From an uncultured Actinomycetota bacterium (GTDB lineage Bacteria > Actinomycetota > Actinomycetes > Propionibacteriales > Nocardioidaceae), in NCBI GenBank assembly GCA_963737725.1, contig CAVTTO010000001.1, positions 22,730-86,729 on the forward strand: 64,000 bases of DNA. Direction: 5' to 3'. Positions 28,023 through 35,914 of the stretch are shown here, one piece after another (the first letter of the stretch is position 1; each line of letters starts with the position of its first letter). The position numbers were made by a program, and so were the translations under genes. Under the pieces are notes generated by a model. That model was not told the origin of the DNA. It saw only the letters and a list, made by a program, of their open reading frames with translations, and did no database searches.

Positions 28023-28980
28023 CTAGTCGCTGAGCTCGGTCGGCTCGGTGACGGCGTCGACCAGGGCTCCGTTGCGCAACACGGTGATCTCCGTACGACG
28101 TCCGATCGCTTCCTCGAACATCAAGCCGCTGCAGCGACTGGGCATCGCCGAGCGGCGTACCGTCGACGGCCAGCACGAGGTCTCCGGGGCGAAGCCCGCT
28201 GAGGGCGGCCGGGCTGCCCGGCACGACCTCGACCACGCGCAGCGCCGAGCGCTGACCGGTGCGGTCGGCCCAGACCGGCGGCAACGGCGCCGGCGAGGTC
28301 GCGAGGCCGAGGTAGGCGCGACGGACGCGCCCGTCGTGCAGCAGCGCGTAGACGATGCGTTGGGTCGTGTCGTTGATCGGGACGGCCAGGCCGAGTCCGA
28401 AGCCGGCGACGGCGGTGTTGATGCCGACCACGCGGCCGTGTGAGTCGACGAGCGCTCCTCCGGAGTTGCCGGGGTTGAGGGCGGCGTCGGTCTGGATGAC
28501 GTTCTCGATGATCCGCGAGGCGCGGCGGGTGCGGGCGGGGATCGCCCGGCCGAGGGCGCTGACCACGCCGGCGGTGACGCTGCCTGCGAGCCCGAGCGGG
28601 TTGCCGACCGCGACCACGAGAGACCCGACCCGCAGCTGGTCGGCGTCGCCGTACTCCGGTGGGTCCGGGACGGCTCGGTCGGCACGTACGACGGCCAGGT
28701 CGGAGAGCGGGTCGCGGCCGATGACGTCGAAGGCCGCGACGGTTCCGTCGGCGAAGGCCGCCTGGCCGGCGGGTGACCCGTCGGCTCCCTCGACGACGTG
28801 CGCGTTGGTGAGCAGGTGGCCGTCCCGGGTCAGGACGACGGCCGACCCGGCGGCCTCTCCTGCCCGCCCCGCGTCCGAGCGGCGTACCCGCAAGGCCGCC
28901 ACCCGCGGCGTCAGCTGCTCAGCCACGCCGATGACGATCTCGGAGTAGGCGTCGCGTGCCTCGTTCCCGGTCTGGTCCAT
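28023..28980 (-). CDS. HtrA-like S1C serine protease with PDZ domain; one frame interruption
   Basis: The catalytic blocks are TNAHVVEG, DLAVVRA and GNSGGALVD, and the PDZ region is VVEVVPGSPAALSGLRPGDLVLAVDG. A shift near 28133 (QSLQRL | MFEEAIGRRTEITVLRNGALVDAVTEPTELSD) joins ORF 27982..28980 to the end of ORF 28023..28685. Confidence 0.8.
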
Positions 28981-28995
28981 GACCGTCTCCCGCGA

Positions 28996-29865
28996 TTACA
29001 GAATTACGTGATTACAGACTGCTGTCTGTCTCCAACGCCAAGGACCTGGACGGCATTCCGCCGGACGGCGGTCGTCGGGTCGGGTCAGGGGGAGGTCTGT
29101 TGCTGCGCCGGCTGGGGATCGTCGGCGCGCCGCGGCGCCCACCGTGAAATGGAGACCGACTGCCGCCAGGCTGACGACCATGCCGATCCCGAGCACGGCC
29201 TCGCCGATCCGCCCGGCTCGGGTACGTCGCCAGGGCGCGCGCGGCCGGGTCGTCGGAGCCGGAGCGTCAGCGACCATCGAGAGCGGCTGGTGGTCGGAGG
29301 ACCGGTGCCACTCCGGACCCGCCGACTGGCTGGAGGGCAGCGCCTCGTCGAGCTCGCGCGAGATCCGGTCGACCTCGTCGGAGGTGAGCACGGCCGGCCG
29401 CGACTCGATCAGGTCGTTGATGGTGGTGGTCGAGCTGACGCGCACCGCCTTGACCCAGCCGGACACCGCCTCCTCGCGGCTGAGGCAGATCACGGGGAAG
29501 ACGTGCTCGCGCACGTCCGGCGTGAGCAGGAGCGCGACCTCACGGGCGGAGTCCTGCGCGCCCTGCAGGGCGGTCAGTCGCGAACGGCCGTTGACCTCGA
29601 GCACGTCGGGGGTGCTGACGACCTCGCCGGACCAGCCGACGCTGTCGATGACGAAGATGCCGTTGGGTCCGATCGCCAGGTGGTCGATGACGTCGAAGGA
29701 GCGCCCCGGCCAGTGCCGCGCGTGCAGGACGGTCCACTCCGGCGGGAGGGAGTTGAGAACGGAACCGGTCCAGAAGTGACCGCTCAGCTGAGATGGAACC
29801 GACACCCCGTGCGTCGGAAGCGTTCGCACGTCGCGCTCGTCGCGCGTCTCCTCGCCGATCGACAT
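28996..29865 (-). CDS. NERD-domain protein with C-terminal transmembrane segment
   Basis: AAGGAGGG RBS. ...WTVLHARHWPGRSFDVIDHLAIGPNGIFVIDSVGWSGEV... resembles the NERD nuclease-related domain. The TM segment is IGEAVLGIGMVVSLAAVGLHF. Confidence 0.65.
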   Translation of the reverse strand: MSIGEETRDERDVRTLPTHGVSVPSQLSGHFWTGSVLNSLPPEWTVLHARHWPGRSFDVIDHLAIGPNGIFVIDSVGWSGEVVSTPDVLEVNGRSRLTALQGAQDSAREVALLLTPDVREHVFPVICLSREEAVSGWVKAVRVSSTTTINDLIESRPAVLTSDEVDRISRELDEALPSSQSAGPEWHRSSDHQPLSMVADAPAPTTRPRAPWRRTRAGRIGEAVLGIGMVVSLAAVGLHFTVGAAARRRSPAGAATDLPLTRPDDRRPAECRPGPWRWRQTAVCNHVIL

Positions 29866-29974
29866 CTGCCTGGTCCCTCCTTCTGGATTCCAGGCTAAGG
29901 AAAGAGGCGGGTTTGCGTCTCAGACCTCTCGTGACCATTCGTACGTAATTCGTCACCGTACGTAGGATCGGATG

Positions 29975-31009
29975 TCACTCGTTCGGCTGACTCATTTCCG
30001 CTCGTACACCGATAAGCCGGACAGCCCGCGGGCTCTCGAGCCGACCGAACAGCTCCAGCGCCGCGGCCGCGATGAGCTCGGCGTCGTCGGTCGGCTGTTC
30101 GAGCGTCAGACTGCGCGAGGTGGTGATGAACGGCTTGTAGCGCACCTTGATCCCGACCCGGATGGCCGGGCGACCCTCCTGGCGGATGTCCTCGGTGACG
30201 CGTTCGGCGAGCCGGCGTACCTCGGTCTCGATCTCGCCGCGGTCGGTGAGGTCGTGCTGGAACGTGACCTCCCGGCCGTGTCCGCGCGCGACGTACGGCG
30301 TGGCGTCGACCGGCGAGCTGTCGACGCCGCGACCGAGCCGCCGGTACCACGGGCCCATCGTCGGTCCGAGACGCGCCGCGAGCTCGGCCGGGTCGGCCAG
30401 CGCCAGCTCGGTGACCGTGGTGATGCCGAGCGCCTCGAGCTTCTTCGCGGTCTTGCGCCCGATCCCCCACAGCGCGTCGGTCGGCCGGTCACCCATCTCG
30501 GCGAACCAGGTCTCGCTCGTGATCGTGTAGGTGCCCTTCGGCTTGCCGAAGTCGGTGGCGATCTTGGCCTGCAGCTTGTTGTCGCCGATTCCGACCGAGC
30601 AGTGCAGCCGGGTGGCGTCCAGCACCGCCGCCCGGATCTCCTGGGCCAGGGTCTGAGGGTCGTCGGTCTCGACGCCCAGGAACGCCTCGTCCCAACCGAG
30701 CACCTCGACCACCGCGTCGAAGCTGCGCAGGGTGTCCATCACGACCGCGCTCGCGGCTTCGTAGGTCGGTGCGTCGACGGGGAGGAACACCGCGTCCGGG
30801 CACCGCTTCAACGCGGTCCGCAGCGGCATGCCCGAGCGGACGCCGAACTCCCGGGCTTCGTACGACGCCGTCGACACGACACCGCGCTCGGTCGGGTCGC
30901 CGCGGCCGCCGACGACGACGGGCTTGCCGGCCAGCTCGGGGTGGCGCAGCACCTCGACGGCGGCCAGGAACTCGTCGAGGTCCACGTGCAGCACCCACGC
31001 TCTCGGCAT
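29975..31009 (-). CDS. dinB: DNA polymerase IV
   Basis: WVLHVDLDEFLAAVEVLRHPELAGKPVVVGG...VVSTASYEAREFGVRSGMP... and ...VGIGDNKLQAKIATDFGKPKG...LWGIGRKTAKKLE are classic Y-family DinB blocks. Confidence 0.9.
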   Translation of the reverse strand: MPRAWVLHVDLDEFLAAVEVLRHPELAGKPVVVGGRGDPTERGVVSTASYEAREFGVRSGMPLRTALKRCPDAVFLPVDAPTYEAASAVVMDTLRSFDAVVEVLGWDEAFLGVETDDPQTLAQEIRAAVLDATRLHCSVGIGDNKLQAKIATDFGKPKGTYTITSETWFAEMGDRPTDALWGIGRKTAKKLEALGITTVTELALADPAELAARLGPTMGPWYRRLGRGVDSSPVDATPYVARGHGREVTFQHDLTDRGEIETEVRRLAERVTEDIRQEGRPAIRVGIKVRYKPFITTSRSLTLEQPTDDAELIAAAALELFGRLESPRAVRLIGVRAEMSQPNE

Positions 31010-31078
31010 GCCCCCATCCTGCCGACTCGTCCGCGCTCCCGTGCCGAGGCGTGCCTTCGCACGACCCGGCGGGCTGAC

Positions 31079-31261
31079 CTACTGGTCCTCGACCTCGCAG
31101 TCGGGGCCGGGGAAGATCACACTCTCGTGACCGTCCGGGTGCCTGACGAGGTACGGCGGCTGACCATCGTCACCGCGCACCTCGAGGATCTCGGCCAGCT
31201 CGTCGTGGGACCCGACGTTCCTGCCGTGGATGTGCAACCGCTGCCCTACCGCTGCCTGCAT
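31079..31261 (-). CDS. DUF1918-domain small protein
   Basis: 60-aa ORF MQAAVGQRLHIHGRNVGSHDELAEILEVRGDDGQPPYLVRHPDGHESVIFPGPD fits the DUF1918 pattern from memory. Confidence 0.6.
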   Translation of the reverse strand: MQAAVGQRLHIHGRNVGSHDELAEILEVRGDDGQPPYLVRHPDGHESVIFPGPDCEVEDQ

Positions 31262-31414
31262 GGGTCCTCACCTCCCAGGTCGAAGGTACGCCGTTGCGCG
31301 GCGCGTGACGAGACACTCCGCGTGGCAGATCGTCGAAGCTGCCGAAAACCCGTTGGCGACGGGCCGCTGCACGGCCTACGGTCCCCGGTATGCCGATGTA
31401 CGTGATGGTTCGTC

Positions 31415-31981
31415 GTGTCCGGGGGTCGGTCGAGGCCGGCCCGGAGCGACTGGGGTTGGCACGCGTTGCGCCCGGTCTGGGCGGAGCGCGTCGTCGCTGC
31501 CTCGCCGGTCCGTCCCGGTGACCTCGTCCTCGATCTCGGAGCCGGTGCCGGTGCACTGACCTGGCCGCTGCTGGCGACCGGTGCGCGCGTTCTTGCGGTC
31601 GAGCTGCACGAACGACGCCTGGAGTCGCTGCGGTCGGGGCTCGCGCTGCGCGCGCGTGACGATCCGCGCGTCGGCGAACGCCTCACGTTGCTGCCGCGCG
31701 ACCTCAGGGACCTGTGGCTTCCCGGTCGGCCGTTTCGCGTCGTGGCCTCTCCGCCGTACGCCCTGACGGCCGCGACGGTCCGGCTGCTGATGACGAGCGA
31801 CCGGATGCGCTCGGCCGACCTCGTGCTGCAGCGCGGGGCTGCCCTCGGCTGGATCGAGCGTGGTCTCAAGGGGCCGCACGCCCGGCGTTACCGCGTCGGC
31901 CTCGGGTTGTCGGTGCCGCGCACGGCGTTCACTCCCCCACCGCGCTTCGACACCGTCGTCCTCCAGATCCGCCGCCGCTAA
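31415..31981 (+). CDS. rRNA adenine N6-methyltransferase-family (Erm/KsgA-like) short protein
   Basis: GTG 31415. The SAM motif is VLDLGAGAGALT and the catalytic motif is ASPPY. ...PRTAFTPPPRFDTVVLQIRRR forms the tail. Confidence 0.7.
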   Translation: MSGGRSRPARSDWGWHALRPVWAERVVAASPVRPGDLVLDLGAGAGALTWPLLATGARVLAVELHERRLESLRSGLALRARDDPRVGERLTLLPRDLRDLWLPGRPFRVVASPPYALTAATVRLLMTSDRMRSADLVLQRGAALGWIERGLKGPHARRYRVGLGLSVPRTAFTPPPRFDTVVLQIRRR

Positions 31982-32081
31982 GCCGCCGATGCGACCCCCG
32001 CTGATCAAGCCTGTCGAGATCAAGGAGGTCGAGGTGGCCTATTGAGCCAGTCCCGGCGACTCCGTCGCTCGGGACCGTCCA

Positions 32082-34049
32082 TCAGCGGTAGGCGCGGTGG
32101 ACGTTGGGCTTGTCGCTGGCGCCGGCCGACCACTCGCTGATCCAGGGACCGGTGCCCTCGGACTGGTCGAGCACGCCGGCCTCGAGCCAGGTGTAGTCGC
32201 CCTCGAGCAGCTTGCGTGCGACCACCCGGTCGTCGGCGTCGGTGTTGCTCCACAACCCGTCGAACAAGGTCTCGACCCGCAGCCGCGCCTGCTGGCAGAA
32301 GACGTCGGCGAGCTCGTACGCCGCAGCGCCCTGCTTCGGGTCCTGCTTGGTGATCATCGCGGCACGCGAGCAGGCCGCCGCCATCGCGAACAGCTCGGCC
32401 CCGATGTCGACGATGCGCCCGAGGAAGGCCTGGCGGTACTCGAGCTTCGCCTGCCAGCGCGACATGCCGTAGAAGGTCTGGCGCGCGAGCTTGCGCGACG
32501 ACCGCTCGACGTAGCGCAGGTGCTTGGCGAGCCGACCGAACTCGTCGTACGACGTCGGCACCGTGCCCTTGCCGACCACGAGCTTCGGCAGCCAGCCGGC
32601 GTAGAAGCCGGAGGCCTTGACCGCCGCCTTCGCCTTGGCCTTCGTGTCGGCGTCGGGCGAGGCCAGGTCACCCGCGGCCTTGAGGTGCGCGTCGACCGCC
32701 TCGCGGGCGATCAGCAGCCGCATGATCTCCGACGAGCCCTCGAAGATCCGGTTGATCCGCAGGTCGCGCAGGATCTGCTCGGCCGGCACGGCGCGCTCGC
32801 CGCGGGCCGCCATCGAGTCGGCGGTCTCGAAGCCGCGGCCGCCGCGCACCTGGACGAGCTCGTCGGCGATCTTCCACGCCATCTCGCTGGCCCAGAGCTT
32901 CGCGAGCGCCGCCTCGATCCGGATGTCCTTGGCACCGGAGTCGGCGAGCTGCGCCGACATGTCCAGCACCGCCTCGAGCCCGAAGGTCGTGGCAGCCATG
33001 AACGACAGCTTGGTCGCGACCGCCTCGTGCTCGGCGACCGGCTTGCCCCACTGGACTCGCGCCGCCGACCACTCCCGGGCGATCTTGGTGCACCACTTGC
33101 CGGCGGCCGTGCACATCGCGGGAATGGAGAGCCGGCCGGTGTTGAGGGTCGTCAGGGCGATCTTGAGCCCCTCGCCCTCCTTGCCGAGCCGGTTGGCGGC
33201 CGGCACCCGGACCTGGTTGAAGCGGGTCACGCCGTTCTCGATGCCGGCCAGGCCCATGAAGGCGTTGCGGTTCTCGACCGTCACGCCGTCGGCGTTGCCC
33301 TCGACCACGAACGCCGTGATGCCGCCGCGACCACCGTCGTGCTTCGGGACCGCGGCCATCACGACGAGCAGCTCGGCGATGACGCCGTTGGTCGTCCACA
33401 GCTTCACGCCGTCGAGCAGGTAGGCCTCACCGTCCTCGGTGGGCGTCGCCGTCGTGCCGAGCCGGGCCGGGTCGGACCCGACATCGGGCTCGGTGAGCAG
33501 GAAGGCGCTGATCGCACCGCCGGCGCAGCGCGGCAGGTACTCACGCTTCTGCTCCTCGGTGCCGAACTTCTTCACCGGCTCCGGTACGCCGATCGACTGG
33601 TGCGCCGAGAGCAGCGCGCCGAGCGTCGGGTGCACCGAGCCGGCGAGCATCAGCGCCCGGCCGTAGTAGTACATCGACAGCCCGAGGCCGCCGTACTCCT
33701 CCGGGATCTTCATGCCGAACGCGCCGAGCTCGTTGAGCCCCTTGACGTACTCGTCGGGGACCAGCGACTCGCGCTCGATGCGTGCGCCGTCCATGCTGCG
33801 GCAGAACTCGTCGAGCCGGGCCAGGAACGCGTCTCCGCGCTCGGCGTCCTCGGGCGACGACACCGGGTGCGGGTGGATCAGGCTCAGGTCGAAGCGGCCG
33901 AGGTAGAGCTCCTTGGCGAAGCTCGGCCGGGTCCACTCGGTCTCGCGGGCTGCCTCGGCGACCTCACGGGCCTGCCGCTCGGTGACCTGGGTGGGCCCGG
34001 TGTCCGGGGTGGACGGATCGGCGGTCTTGGCGGTGACGTCGGTGCTCAC
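32082..34049 (-). CDS. long-form acyl-CoA dehydrogenase
   Basis: 655-aa ORF. ...GAFGMKIPEEYGGLGLS...AFLLTEPDVGSDPARL...LWTTNG...QWGKPVAEHEAV...RIFEGSSEIMRLLIARE is typical of the ACAD family with a C-terminal extension. Confidence 0.9.
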   Translation of the reverse strand: MSTDVTAKTADPSTPDTGPTQVTERQAREVAEAARETEWTRPSFAKELYLGRFDLSLIHPHPVSSPEDAERGDAFLARLDEFCRSMDGARIERESLVPDEYVKGLNELGAFGMKIPEEYGGLGLSMYYYGRALMLAGSVHPTLGALLSAHQSIGVPEPVKKFGTEEQKREYLPRCAGGAISAFLLTEPDVGSDPARLGTTATPTEDGEAYLLDGVKLWTTNGVIAELLVVMAAVPKHDGGRGGITAFVVEGNADGVTVENRNAFMGLAGIENGVTRFNQVRVPAANRLGKEGEGLKIALTTLNTGRLSIPAMCTAAGKWCTKIAREWSAARVQWGKPVAEHEAVATKLSFMAATTFGLEAVLDMSAQLADSGAKDIRIEAALAKLWASEMAWKIADELVQVRGGRGFETADSMAARGERAVPAEQILRDLRINRIFEGSSEIMRLLIAREAVDAHLKAAGDLASPDADTKAKAKAAVKASGFYAGWLPKLVVGKGTVPTSYDEFGRLAKHLRYVERSSRKLARQTFYGMSRWQAKLEYRQAFLGRIVDIGAELFAMAAACSRAAMITKQDPKQGAAAYELADVFCQQARLRVETLFDGLWSNTDADDRVVARKLLEGDYTWLEAGVLDQSEGTGPWISEWSAGASDKPNVHRAYR

Positions 34050-34451
34050 GCGTGCTCCTCGGATCGACTTGCTCCATTGTTACTCGGAAGTAGCCTGATG
34101 GCTAGAGACGGGTCTGCCGAGTCGTGTGACTCAGGTCTCGTTGGCCGGGAGCCCGTGCGGCTCGACGACCGGCCGGGCATCGACGCGGGCCGCCAGCCCG
34201 GGCCGCGAGCCGCCCGTCGGCGGCCGAGGGCGGACTCGAGTGCGTCGAGCAGGGGCCTGGGACGGGTACGCCGAGCACGCGCGACGCCGGTCCTCGCCGG
34301 CCGAGCGCCCGTGCGGCTCCATTGCCGGTGGGCATCGGCACGATCCGGCGCAGGAGCCTGACGGCGTAAGGGTCAGTCCGCGGAGCGTCTCGTCCTGCCC
34401 CTAGGCTCGAGGGATGGCGGACCCCGGCCCACTACATCGGCGGTCACCGCA

Positions 34452-35176
34452 GTGAGCCACGACGGTCTGCTGCGCGACCACAACGAGGACAGCCTGCTCG
34501 TCGGCCCCTGGACGACGTGCGCGGTCAGCACGCAGTCGCCGCAGACGCTGGTCTTCCCACTCGCGACGAGCCCATGGCGGTGGCGGTCGCCGACGGTCTC
34601 GGTGGGCATCCGGCCGGGGAGCTCGCGAGCAGTGTCGTGGTCGAGTCGCTTGCCCGCGTCGCCGGACTGCTGCATGACGAGCAGACCGTGCGCGAGGCGA
34701 TCCGTGGGTGCAACGCGGCGGTCTTCGAGCAGGCGTCTCTCGACTCTTCGCGCACCGCGATGGGCACGACGCTCGCCGGTGTGGTGGTCACGCGCGACAC
34801 GGTCCGCGTGTTCAACGTCGGGGACAGCCGCGTGTACGCCGCCTCCGCCGCTGGTCTCGACCGGGTCAGCGAGGACGACAGCCCGCCGCTGGCCGAGGGG
34901 CAGACCCACACCTCGATCGTCACGCAGACCCTCGGCGGCAGCCCGAACCTGCGACCGGTCGACCCACACGTCGCCAGCTACGCGCTCGACCCGGGCCTGC
35001 GCTACCTCGCGTGCACGGACGGCCTGACGGACGTGGTCGACGACGCTGCCATCGCCGCCGTGCTGGCCGAGCACACCGGCGCCGAGGCGGTCTACGAGCT
35101 CTGGAAGGCCGCGATGGACAAGGGCGGCCCCGACAACATCACCCTCGCCCTCGTCGAGTTCGTCTCCCCGGCCTGA
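34452..35176 (+). CDS. PP2C-family Ser/Thr protein phosphatase; one frame interruption
   Basis: SHDGLLRDHNEDSLLV is in ORF 34452..35027. ...MAVAVADGLGGHPAGELAS...MGTTLAGVVV...VFNVGDSRVY...LACTDGLTDVV...GGPDNITLALVEF is in ORF 34517..35176. The joint is near 34560. ATG 34414 could be the start only with a further 1-nt correction. Confidence 0.75.
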
Positions 35177-35178
35177 CG

Positions 35179-35240
35179 TTGACCCGCGCCTTCCCGGCGT
35201 TCACCCGCGCCCTTCCGGCGTTGATCCGCGCGTTTCGACG
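35179..35240. repeat. three tandem degenerate ~21-nt units (TTGACCCGCGCCTTCCCGGCG / TTCACCCGCGCCCTTCCGGCG / TTGATCCGCGCGTTTCGACG)
   Basis: Read directly from the sequence. The first unit is identical to 22442-22462. The array starts 3 nt after the PP2C stop. Confidence 0.75.
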
Positions 35241-35358
35241 TCGGGGAGGCGCGTTTCGTCGCGGAGAACCCGCGGAGTGTGCTCCGACCTCGGCATCGAC
35301 CCCGAGCCGCTGCGGCGCAGCGCCACGGCAGGGAGCCTAGAGCCCGAAGGTTCACCCC

Positions 35359-35410
35359 CGGTGGTTGAGCTTGTCGAAACCATCCCTGGCTCCGACAAGC
35401 TCAACCTGCG
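35359..35410. repeat. family-1 palindromic element, copy E
   Basis: Arms are CGGTGGTTGAGCTTGTCGAAACC and GGCTCCGACAAGCTCAACCTGCG. The left arm is identical to copy A. Confidence 0.75.
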
Positions 35411-35449
35411 GGATCCGCGGATCCCACCGCCGCGGATCCCGTGCCCGGA

Positions 35450-35599
35450 TCAGTCGATCTGACCGAGCGGTCCGTGCTGGTCGGCGAACTGCGTCGTCTG
35501 GTCCGGCGCAGCCGAGCTCGACCCGGCGAGCACGAACGGAAGCCCCGCGGCCGCGAGTGCGACGGTGCCGGCAGCGGCAGCAAGCGTTCTGGTCCTCAT
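35450..35599 (-). CDS. 49-codon secreted small peptide precursor (hypothetical)
   Basis: Strong AAGGAGG RBS. Signal-like MRTRTLAAAAGTVALAAAGLPFVLAGSSSA, then the 19-aa tail APDQTTQFADQHGPLGQID. The ATG overlaps the upstream gene's stop (ATGA). Confidence 0.5.
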   Translation of the reverse strand: MRTRTLAAAAGTVALAAAGLPFVLAGSSSAAPDQTTQFADQHGPLGQID

Positions 35600-35823
35600 A
35601 CTGTCCCCTCCTTTGTGAGTGTCGATCCGCCGCCCGAGCGCGCGAACGTGCTCGGTGCAGCGAGATCTGCGGAGGGCATCAAGAACCAGTGCCGGTGCAG
35701 GCATCGCACGTAGGCGTGCTCCACGGGACCGTCCGTCGACTGCAGGACGTCCCGCCAGACGATCTCGGCGATCTCCCCGCACTGCGGGCACGTGGTGGCG
35801 TCCCATTCCTTGAATTCGGTCAT
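35596..35823 (-). CDS. 75-aa zinc-ribbon-like small protein (hypothetical)
   Basis: ATG 35823 follows GGGGGAGA. MTEFKEWDATTCPQCGEIAEIVWRDVLQSTDGPVEHAYVRCLHRHWF gives CxxC...CxHxH. Confidence 0.55.
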   Translation of the reverse strand: MTEFKEWDATTCPQCGEIAEIVWRDVLQSTDGPVEHAYVRCLHRHWFLMPSADLAAPSTFARSGGGSTLTKEGTV

Positions 35824-35887
35824 GTCTCCCCCTCGAGTACGGCACGGTGCCGCGCATCCAATCTCGCCAGCGGCCGAGGCCTGGGAA

Positions 35888-35903
35888 TCAGGGAAATCCC
35901 TGA
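35888..35903. promoter_or_regulatory. perfect palindrome TCAGGGA-AA-TCCCTGA, candidate LuxR-type operator
   Basis: Read directly from the sequence. It lies in the 91-nt gap between the LAL regulator stop and the zinc-ribbon gene. A third TCAGGGA half-site sits at 35915-35921. Confidence 0.35.
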
Positions 35904-35914
35904 CAATCAAGGAG

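Noticed and set aside
32003-32040. Possible full family-1 element after the methyltransferase gene
   Set aside because: Only a left-arm-like half (GATCAAGCCTGTCGAGATC) is present. The downstream sequence does not form the matching arm, so it is mentioned only as a fragment.
32097-34361. 754-aa ORF antisense to the acyl-CoA dehydrogenase
   Set aside because: Shadow ORF with Arg/Gly/Leu-rich low-information sequence. The minus-strand product has unmistakable ACAD blocks.
35179-35240. CRISPR-like appearance of the tandem 21-nt units
   Set aside because: The units are directly adjacent, degenerate and lack unique spacers. No cas genes are present in the window.
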